From Phoronis australis (Eukaryota > Animalia > Phoronida), in NCBI GenBank assembly GCA_002633005.1, contig NMRA01000167.1, forward strand, positions 1-38,872: a stretch of DNA of 38,872 bases, written 5' to 3'. Below the pieces are notes generated by a model that did not search any database, was not told the origin of the DNA, and saw only the letters and a program-made list of their open reading frames with translations. The position numbers were made by a program, and so were the translations under genes. Shown piece after piece: positions 9,101 to 17,823 of this stretch (its first letter is position 1; each line of letters starts with the position of its first letter).

Positions 9101-12100
9101 GTCGGGTACACCTCAAGGGTGTAGATGTAAATTATCTGGAAAATGCTAGAGGCAAATATCCGCACCATGAACACAAATCCAGTTGTGGCTGCTTTGTTAA
9201 TGCACGTACTCAGAAGACAGACAAATATGGTGTAGCTCATGTACATGGCAAACATCGCCCGCTTGCGGCTTAGGATATGCATCCAGAAATAGGCATTTGG
9301 CAGGACGGCAAACTCGGCAGAGGTGGCTATCAGGAGGCTGATGTAGTCACTTGTGGAAAGCGTGGAGCACTCGAGGAGACAGGCGGGCGCTGCGCCGTCA
9401 TCGTTACCATCGGGGCAACCGTTAGGCGTGTTCATAAGTTCCGTAGTGAACAAGCTGACACCGTAGTACGAGAAGGAGGTGGCGAACCAGATATACCACA
9501 AGGTCAAGGTCGTGCGACGTAGTTCTGGAGCGAATAGCTCGCTCAATTGACCCTTCTGAATTTGGTCCGCATCTTTGTTGTCATCTTCGGGTATATGGAG
9601 CTCACCAGGGGGCATTGGTCTTTTATTGTCCCTGGCTACCTTCTGAATTGTGGCCAAGGCTTTTTCTGATTCACCGTTGAGGATGTGGTAACGTGCACTC
9701 TCTGGTATGAAGATCCATGTGAGAATCGTGGCCAACAGGAGAGGCATTGCACATACAGCCAGCTGCCACCTCCAGCCAAGCACAGGCATGATGCCTACAG
9801 CGACACCTATGACGAAGAAGTTACCTAGAGCCCAGAATGGCTGTGTGATGAGCAGGTTGATGGTACGTGTCGTAGTGGTGGCGAACTCTATCTGAATGGT
9901 CGAGGCCTGAGCACCGCCTATCAATGTACCACCCATGATGCCGCGTAAGACATATATCCATCCAATCGTTGGTGAGAATGAACTGAGCAGGCCGAAGAAG
10001 GTCGTCAGCGCGATACTCAGAATGACACCAACTTTGCGTCCATACGTATCGCACATAATTCCCCATGATGTCGACCCAATCATCATGCCTACAAATACGA
10101 ATGTTGTCACTAGTGCCTCTAGTGTACTAGATATGCCCCATTCACAGGCTAAAGCCGGTGACAATATACTCAACACCATCATCTCGATGGCTTCAGCTAT
10201 AATCCCCAGACCACATAGGAATGTCAGCCATATTTGGAACCAGCCAAATCCGATATAGTTGATGGCCTCCTCCACAGTAAATTTTCCTTTCACTGCAAAT
10301 TCAAATTCTTCCTCCGTGGAGGCTTTGTCGTCCCCATTGACCAATGAGCCGTGATCTGGCCCCCTTGGGTCAATTATTGTTTTCTCGTCATCCGGCTTAG
10401 ACATATCTCTTGTATGGATGGCTCTCCACTGGTAATATGTGTGGCCTTAGATTGCTTTTCAGAAATGAGTAGCTGAAGTCTTATACATTCATCAACAAAA
10501 TTGCAGGTAATTGGTTCTATTATGTCACTTATAAACATGAGGGTATTATCTGCCTTTTGCCATGCTGCCTGGTCCATGCAGAAGTCAACTGGCCAATTAT
10601 CACCCTCATTGAAGTGTTTATCCTCTAGCCAATCATACTCTAGGATATCCTTGCATCTGATTGGCTGGAGGATGTTGTACGTGACCACAGTCGGTGACTG
10701 CAGATGCTGTGTTCTGAATCAGTCAGCACTCAAACCTTGTAATAGCCCAATTCCAACATAGGGGCGACAAATTGGATTGTCCTGTGTTACCACATAGCAA
10801 CAGACTGGGAAATAACAAAATCCAAGATTTTCAGGGAGATAACATCAAAAATTAAGTAATCGTGAAATTGAGCAATGTTGTTACCATTAAGGTAGAACTT
10901 GCTGCTTCCTTAACTCTGTGATTGCTTGGGCAAATTAGTTAGAAAACCAATATATAGCCATGATGTGACTGTGAAGGAAGTTGAAAATTGCCAAATATTT
11001 TTAAGAACGAGATTTATGGGGAAAATGATACACTGCAAATCACTGAATTATATCCAGTACCGTGACGTGGTGTTGGGGAATAACACTGCATGATCCGAGC
11101 TATGTGAGCCCCCAAGGTACGTCATTAGTGTAAAGGTCACCTATTGCAGATTTGTTTTCACATTAATTACAAGTTGTCAATGAATACAACTGCACTTTGT
11201 TTAACGTAGATTATGTTAAAATGGCGTTGTCGTAGATTATGTTAAAATGGCGTTGTCGTAGATTATGTTAAAATGGCGTTGTCGTAGATTATGTTAAAAT
11301 GGCGTTGTCGTAGATTATGTTAAAATGGCGTTGTCGTAGATTATGTTAAAATGGCGTTGTCGTAGATTATGTTAAAATATCATTGTCATTTAGTTCCTGC
11401 TATACATTAGCATAGTTAGGAGCATGCAAATACATACATTGAGGGCTACTTCAGCTGGTAAAATATGACCAACTTTATAGCATGGTAAAATACGAATAAA
11501 GCAGTTTATCAAGTCAAAAATAATACTTTAATGTGTAAGCTAAGTTCTAACTACGGAACAGGGGATAACAAGAAGAGTCCACTTGTGTAATTTTGCAACT
11601 CAAATTTAGGTCATGATGAAGAAAAAGATTTTTATTTTTTAAATTTCTTGGTTAAATTATACTGCATTTACATGTCATGTGATCGAAAGCCAGTCAGATG
11701 AAACATCTGATCTGCAATCTGGAAAAATTTCATGTCATGGGAACGCTTGTCAAACGACAGACCCCCTTCTTATCACAAGCCCAGAAACCAGACAACAGAT
11801 CTGCCTTGAAGTTCTTACATTGAGATGGCAACATTACAATTTGAATATTACTGTTATGTTAATTACTTGTAACACAGCTGGTAAAACGATTTTGTGAACA
11901 TTCGTTTCAAGTGGCTAATCTGCCTTCTGATCAGAAATGCCATCTGCTTTTTCACAAAGTTTTACCTGACTGAATTCTATTATCATTATATGTTTTGTTA
12001 ATATGGTAAACTCTCACCAATTTACAACGAAATATGGTTGACAACAGAAATATTATTTCATTTCTTTCATTTTTTCTTAAGAGAGAAGTTGCACCAACCA

Positions 12101-15100
12101 AATGCTTTTTAAAACATTTTTATGCTCTGTATCTTAGCTACCATCAGAAAGTAATTTGAGAAACTGTAGGTATTCACAATTATTACAACGTTGATAGGCT
12201 TTAAAAAATGAAAAAATTAAATTTTACAAAATAAATTATTTTTGTCTGAAATTGGTGAGACTTTATCACAGCATTATTTGAGGAATTTATTGTGTTTTAT
12301 TTCAATATGATTATGTTATTTTGGCTTGTTTAAGTTGATGTTTGGGCCCCTATAATTATTTGTATTAACATTCACTGGTTATGTTACAGAGATATCGTAC
12401 TCTACAGTACAGAAGTGGTGTTTAGAAAACAGTTTTGAACTCGTGGAGTTATCTCCCCAGGAAGATAGTGACAGTGAGGAAGGTAATAATGCACGCGTTC
12501 CGTAGACACAAGAAACTCGTGCTCTACTTGCGGGGCGAGAAATCTTCACTTTCGAAACATTTCGGCCTCACCACTCAATCATTTCTCATTGGTCGCCATT
12601 TTGGTAGAGTGCACTTGTCTAGTAAGCTCCTAAGCGTACTCGTGAAACACTCCCCTTTCACTAGCGGGACTGCGCATGGTGTTGCTTTTCGCCAAACTTC
12701 TTGCATCTACGGAACGCAGCCATGGACTTAAGTCTTACTTTTTGAAGCATTCTTTCTATGAAGCAATTGGTATGTTATTTGAATTCTGTTGATTGAGATA
12801 GATTGAAATTTTGTGATCAGAAGGAAAGTTTCGTCAGACAATTGTGTTGGGATGTGTTGATAATTTTTTGGACTCTTGCCAATTTAAAGCTACTCATTCC
12901 ACTTCAGTCAGTTAAAAATTCATCAAGGAATATTTAAACCAATGTAGCTTAAACTTTTTCCCATGATGCTCTCTCAGCACGTAATCAAATGTTTTCAAAC
13001 TAACCAGTATTTGGCAATTTTGAAAATAGTTTTTGAATTCATGGTCTGGTGCACCAACAGGGCTTCCACAACTGAACGCCATTGATCTTCATTTTTAGTG
13101 AATGCCGGTAAAACACAAATGTATGCAAGACTGTAATTTAGGAAAAAAAATTTTAAAATGTTTCTTGAGTGATGAAATATTTTTGGAATCCGTGTTCTAA
13201 ACTGACGAGGGAAAGAGCGTCTTTAAGCTCTTTGGAAATCTAAAATAATGCCATCATTTTGAAAAGTGAAAGAATAATTCTTGCACTCCACGTGATGACA
13301 ACCTGGTGAACTTTTATTTAAATTTTATTTTGTTCTAAAATATTTGTCTGGAAAGGAGACTCTATCATTAAGTTCTTCTTTGTGTAAACACAATTCACGA
13401 ATCACTCAGAATCGAAAGTTAAAGCCTTATTTCATCATGTTTGGCTGGCTAAATATAGAATCAGGCCTTTTATTCTCATAAAAGTTTTCTCATAATATTC
13501 CTTATCACAATAGAACTTGATTTCCACCAATGACTCAAGAAAACGCTTAAATTTTTTAGGTTGGCTAACTCTAAAACTGTGGATTCCATGTACACATGAC
13601 TTGCCACTCGAGCTGTCGGGCCTTCAGCAAAACAACTCAGGATCAGACAAATGCGATTATGTTTAATTTAAACCCTACTTTTTTAAGATTATTAGCTGAA
13701 CATCGGTGGAATCCCTCTTTAATTGTTCTAGTCCTATAGTAACTAATTGTTTCCGTTTCAGATGACTTTGCCGAGGACAATGGTATAAAGAGAATAATAG
13801 GGGCCCTGCATGCTCACACTTGGCCAAACTTAGAGATGAAGGGTATTAATTTTATAATTAATAGCTAATTTTGACCAAGCTTGATCGTGCTTAATTGAGC
13901 AGCCACCTATTGTTTAATTCAAAGCTTAAATTGTCTTTGTCCTCTCGCTATTCGTTGCTCAGTTACCTGGAAAACACTAATGATAAGTGATCAGGCTTTT
14001 ACAAAATGTGAAAAGAATGAGATTTTTAGTCTAGCCACCTATTTCAGCATTAAATAACGAGCATGAAAGTCTTGCTTCCTGTTAACCATTGCTCTGCAAG
14101 CTTGAATAAAATTGCTGGTCACAATTCATGTTAACTCTAGCGAATTCCATAACTAAACAAAATTTTTCTTTTTTTACCGACTGAAAAATAAATATGACCC
14201 TTGACCTGTTTGCACTTTACATCGTAATTCATGGCGAGTTAAGTGTCAAGTTGGCTTTAAAGCTTGGGAAATGGTAACTAATCTTTGATTTGTGCTGTAA
14301 TGCTTAGATAAAGACTCGTTGTGCATTTTTACCTTTAAGCTGCTGTTATAGACCACCCATTGACTTATTTATATGATGTGGTAGTGCCAGTTGTTGTATT
14401 ATTTGATGTATTTTCTCTTAGTATACTGTAATTCATAAGAAGTATTGGTCCAAATAGTAAGTGTTGTGCTTAAAGTGACTTGTAAGTAGTGAGTTGTCTG
14501 GGTGCATTGTCACACTCATTAGTAATAAAAAAAGGCATCCATTCATTCATTCAGCTCCACGTAGAGTAAGACAAAATTTAACTTTTATCTGAATTTCTAA
14601 GTGAACTAGAACATCTGCACAACAAACTTAGTCTGAATTAAATATACTATAATCCTCTTGTCTAGAAAACAAGCTTTTATGAACCTTCCTCAGTTATAAA
14701 ATTGTCTTCAATTATTGTTCCTTAAAATTTGAGATTTCATGGTCCTGTGTTTCTACAGCACAACTGTGAGGTCTGAGTGTCACCCATCGTTTCAGATGAT
14801 TCTTGTGACACAAGCACGTATTTGAGTCAAATGATGGCTGCTGCCACCACAGACCGGGTGAATGATAGACTGTGCGAGGCATCACATGACAGTGGTACTG
14901 ACTGTAATGCACAGGCCCAGACGGCTTTGTGTACAGACACAGCAGCTAGCGGGACAAAGAGCGCGAGTGCTCGATCGACAGATCATGTGACTGATCATGT
15001 GACAGACAGAAGAACAAAAGAGCAGAAAACTAAAGAAAACATTGCCGTAAAGGAGTCTACACATAGTCTCATAGGTGAGAGTTATGTTCCCGGTAACCAG

Positions 15101-17579
15101 GGCGCGACCATTATACTTGACTTGCACCCTTGTTCACAAAGAGCATTCAAACTGAGTCACTTTTGAACAGCTGTGATCTGTTTGGTATTTAAGACCCACG
15201 CAGCACCATCTTTGAAATAACTTTTTTGGTTCAAATGCTTTTGGTGGAATGCTTCGTTTTGTATTTTGAACGCAGAAAGTTAATGTTTGTTCCTCATCGC
15301 TCATAATTACACCATGGCTGGAATCTGGTCTCACTGTTTGGTTCTGTTGGAAGACTCACCACCACTCACTTGATTTACTGTCATTTGAAGTTGGTAACTT
15401 CAGCTTGATCTGATTATAGCTGCAAAGGGCTTTATTTTTCACTGCCAAATTAATTTTTAGAAATAGAACTGAATTTCCCATTCACAAAATTAATAAATTT
15501 TGGCGATACTTATTCCTTGTAGTGCAATCATTAACAGCGCTCTAAAATTTTTATTAATCGGTGGATTGGTATCATGAAACTTTCAAGGTAAGGTGCACAC
15601 ATATGCTATTCTAAAATTACGTCATCACAAATTGACACAGGTATTCATGGGGTAGATTTCAGGTGATTAACAATTATTAATGGTCATTTATGGGTCTTGG
15701 TTGAAATTTGTATTCCGCCAGCACCATCACTGTACTCGTCTGCAGTTTAGAGACCATTGCATCAATTGCAATTCTACAGATGAGCGATTAACTGGAATCT
15801 CCTAAAGGTGCATTCAATAATTTGAAAAAATTATCTCCCTGTCATCTGCTCATGTCTTTAAAATGTAGTTATCTCCTGTGAAATTAAGTGTCAAGAACAG
15901 ACTAACTACCAAACTTGCCAAAAGGCACGTGTGGCAGTGGAAGAGTTATTATCAACTCTCCTAACACTCCCATAACTCTGTATTTCAATGAGATGTCCAA
16001 TCAGGTATCATTTTATAAATTTGGATAGTAAAGCGGTGTTTTTTCTGAGCAAACTGTTCACAACTCTTGTAGAACAGGAAAAATACTTGCCTTTCTAAAT
16101 GTACCCCTGGCCCTACAGTTGCATGTCCACCAAACAGCGCTTGAGACTGCTGAAAAAATTGTCAGAGCAATTGTGTGTCACACTTAAGAAATAAACCTTT
16201 TGCTCTTTTTGAGTCAAGTCTCGTGTTTGGTGGTCATAGGTCCTGATCAGTATTGGATTGACTTATTTGTTATCTTTCTTCTGTTCAGACAGCTTACTGA
16301 GTGAAGATATGGCATTAATAAACGCGCTTGGTAACGACGACGCGGGCGATGAGTCATTTGAGCATCTGTTTGAAAGGATGAAGATCATGAAGGACAAGGC
16401 CAACTCACTGCCACCAGAACAGAGGAAAGCATACGCTGAAAAAGTAAGTGCACTTTCAGTTATGCATACAAATAATTTCATGGTCAGCGCTTTGTTTTTA
16501 ATCAAAAAGCATCATCAGTTAAAATAGAAATTCATTATAATTATGTCAACAAAAGTCAGTAATTAGTAACATACACATGAGCAGATCACGTCGTGCGTAA
16601 TGACTCACTGCTACTTTGACAAATAGAATGTGAAGGAAAAGTAGGCTGCTGATATTTAAGCGCATAGTATCAATATCAGTAGACTTGCTCACCAATTTCA
16701 CACAAAAATAATATTGTTAAAATTGCCCTTTTTTGTTTTTCAAATGAATGTCCTAACATTGTTGTGAAGGCCTGGAATTCCATGAAACAGAGCTAGGACA
16801 TGGAAAAGCATTAATTTTGGTACTAAATATGTTTCATGAAAACAATGAGAAAATAAAATTTTACTGCCTGCCGTATTGTTCAGAAAGAAATTAATTTTAG
16901 ATCATTGAACATACGTCAACATTTAATCTTCTGTAAAGGATAAGTCATGTTTCATTCACTTAACAATCTAAACACTCGGTGTTATGTGTTCTGCATGTAG
17001 GCGCATGCATCTAATTCCCAACATAGGGGGACCTTCACTCATAGACACGTGGGCCTAAATATTCACATGTATAGTTTATTGTCAATATATGAGTGGGTGT
17101 AGAGGTTGTGCCTTAATAAAGCTTTATGTTGCGACGAACACAACTGTCCCCTTCTAAGGAATAATATGGACTTCCCGCCTTTTCTGTGTAGCTGTACTGG
17201 TGCGACCTCTATTGGTGAGTAATGGCAGTGTTCTCTGCCAGGTTTTGGAAATGTTAAATCTAAAACCTGGTAGAGAGCAGTATTGTTTCTCACCAACAGA
17301 GGTTGCACCGGTACAGCTACACAGAAAGGCGGGAAGACACGGGACTGCCATTTCATCACATTTTGTAGAAGGGGATAATTGTGATTCCTGCAACGTAAAT
17401 TCTACTTACTAGGTACGTCAGGTTGAACCAATCATGATTTGATAATAGACACAGACCTCTATGTACATGTACATGGTATACTACGTTACCGTCTCCGTCT
17501 ATTCTAGGTAGCCATATCATTCTGGAAGGCAATAGGTGGAGATGAGGACGAGATTAGTGGCCTCAGTGACAGCGACTGA
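3065..17579 (+). CDS. AAGAB: Alpha- and gamma-adaptin-binding protein p34, whole gene: join(3065..3134,5063..5253,6473..6572,12390..12482,13762..13842,14796..15074,16289..16443,17508..17579), 1041 nt, 346 aa
   Basis: All introns GT..AG with consistent phases. Family motifs W-x-V-D-T-K-Y-Y-T-A-D, FAESVQA, SWLPFV...ILVCD, [80 protein letters not shown]. Confidence 0.93.
3787..3880. repeat. Minisatellite, ~21-bp unit, ~4.5 decaying copies
   Basis: cgagtttggattttgcagcgt / cgaatttggattttgcagcgt / cgagtttggaaaatgcgcgt / cgagtttagaaagtgctgcgt. Confidence 0.85.
4752..4820 (+). pseudogene. Degenerate tRNA-Glu(CTC)-like sequence (tRNA pseudogene or SINE head)
   Basis: A-box-like tggctgaatagt, ggatgctcggctctcac (anticodon loop with CTC at 4784-4786), B-box ggttcaattct at 4801; acceptor and T stems pair poorly. 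Confidence 0.45.
5063..5253 (+). CDS. AAGAB: AAGAB exon 2
   Basis: ttttctag|..ILSPHPLPVASAVVDDVEGYSWHVDTKYYTADVLLCVAPSRTIGDKQFAESVQAVILTFSSEQ|gtaacg. Confidence 0.93.
5348..5611. mobile_element. Tc1/mariner-type MITE with TA target-site duplication
   Basis: TA|cggtaaagtttc ... gaaactttaccg|TA; perfect 12-bp TIR plus flanking TA. Confidence 0.65.
6473..6572 (+). CDS. AAGAB: AAGAB exon 3
   Basis: gctcag|VTSFDVVKSWLPFVKEIRPAIQILVCDTCTENS+G|gtgggt, phase 0/1. Confidence 0.92.
7623..7938. repeat. Diverged direct duplication (~105-bp matching blocks, period ~211 bp) containing TGACCTTGACCT
   Basis: 7661-7727 agtcgattttgatgaccttgacctcattttggagg...atcacat vs 7872-7938 agtcgatgttggtgaccttgacctcattttcgagg...atcacat. 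Confidence 0.8.
8463..8468 (-). terminator. Candidate polyadenylation signal of the SVOP-like gene
   Basis: AATAAA on the minus strand ~410 nt after the stop; weak evidence in AT-rich DNA. Confidence 0.3.
8881..10404 (-). CDS. SVOP: Synaptic vesicle 2-related protein (SVOP)-like MFS transporter, 507 aa, intronless, nested antisense in AAGAB intron 3
   Basis: Single ORF with about 12 hydrophobic segments. Motifs [26 protein letters not shown]...CEW, VFVGMM...WG..[62 protein letters not shown] and LPIETK match recalled SVOP. Probably a paralog rather than the main ortholog. Confidence 0.92.
   Translation of the reverse strand: [507 protein letters not shown]
10620..10673. promoter_or_regulatory. 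Palindrome with two inverted CCAAT boxes upstream of the SVOP-like ORF
   Basis: atcctctagccaatca ... tgattggctggaggat; 16-bp arms, 1 mismatch; each arm contains AGCCAATCA. Confidence 0.45.
11205..11386. repeat. Minisatellite, 26-bp unit, 6 identical copies plus 1 degenerate
   Basis: (cgtagattatgttaaaatggcgttgt)6 then cgtagattatgttaaaatatcattgt. Confidence 0.97.
12390..12482 (+). CDS. AAGAB: AAGAB exon 4
   Basis: gttacag|[31 protein letters not shown]+G|gtaata, phase 1/1. Confidence 0.93.
12491..12721. mobile_element. MITE, ~230 bp, possibly PIF/Harbinger type
   Basis: gcgttccgtagacacaagaa near the left end vs ttcttgcatctacggaacgc near the right end (20 bp, 2 mismatches); GC-rich interior. 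Confidence 0.7.
12888..13718. mobile_element. Old fold-back element bounded by TTAA (Kolobok-like non-autonomous)
   Basis: TTAA|AG ... CT|TTAA; degenerate TIR (attccac..tcag); internal inverted match 13143-13172 vs 13531-13558. Confidence 0.4.
13762..13842 (+). CDS. AAGAB: AAGAB exon 5
   Basis: gtttcag|[27 protein letters not shown]+G|gtatta. Confidence 0.93.
14796..15074 (+). CDS. AAGAB: AAGAB exon 6 (variable low-complexity linker)
   Basis: cgtttcag|DDSCDTSTYLSQMM...ESTHSLI+G|gtgaga; phase 1/1; open frame, relatively GC-rich; no recognisable motif. Confidence 0.75.
16289..16443 (+). CDS. AAGAB: AAGAB exon 7
   Basis: gttcag|[52 protein letters not shown]|gtaagt. Confidence 0.94.
17123..17399. 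repeat. Long fold-back (inner stem 17171-17336, ~78-bp arms; outer stem ~34 bp); probably MITE-derived
   Basis: cttcccgccttttctgtgtagctgtac...ccaggttttgga loop tctaaaacctgg...gtacagctacacagaaaggcgggaag; outer arms tttatgttgc..tccccttcta / tagaagggga..gcaacgtaaa. Confidence 0.92.
17508..17579 (+). CDS. AAGAB: AAGAB exon 8 (last coding exon)
   Basis: attctag|[23 protein letters not shown]; matches recalled human [25 protein letters not shown]. Confidence 0.94.
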   Translation, partial: [23 protein letters not shown]

Positions 17580-17817
17580 ACTCAGATCTTCACCTGACTG
17601 ACTGACTGACTATTGGTGCTTTGAATTTCTGTAGTCGTGGAACAGAAATTGAAATACTATCAGTGCAAGCCCGAAGTAATCGGCCATTATGTAATGGAAT
17701 TCACGTTCAGGACGGCAGGATGCAAGTAGAATTCACGGCAGTAGTAGTCGTCAACGGACCATCCGTCTTGTGGTAGTCGGTTTATGTAATCGAATTTAAC
17801 AGGTTTAAGCAAGGCCT

Positions 17818-17823
17818 AATAAA
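17818..17823 (+). terminator. Candidate AAGAB polyadenylation signal
   Basis: First AATAAA seen after the stop (~240 nt downstream). Confidence 0.4.

Noticed and set aside
10374-10688. 104-aa ORF as an N-terminal extension of the SVOP-like protein
   Set aside because: Different frame, non-ATG start, no similarity; the 507-aa ORF already has a full N-terminus.
11205-11386. CRISPR-like array
   Set aside because: Units are contiguous with no spacers and the DNA is eukaryotic; it is a minisatellite.
12491-12740. Intronic snoRNA or U3-like RNA
   Set aside because: No properly placed C/D or H/ACA boxes; the terminal inverted repeats explain the structure.
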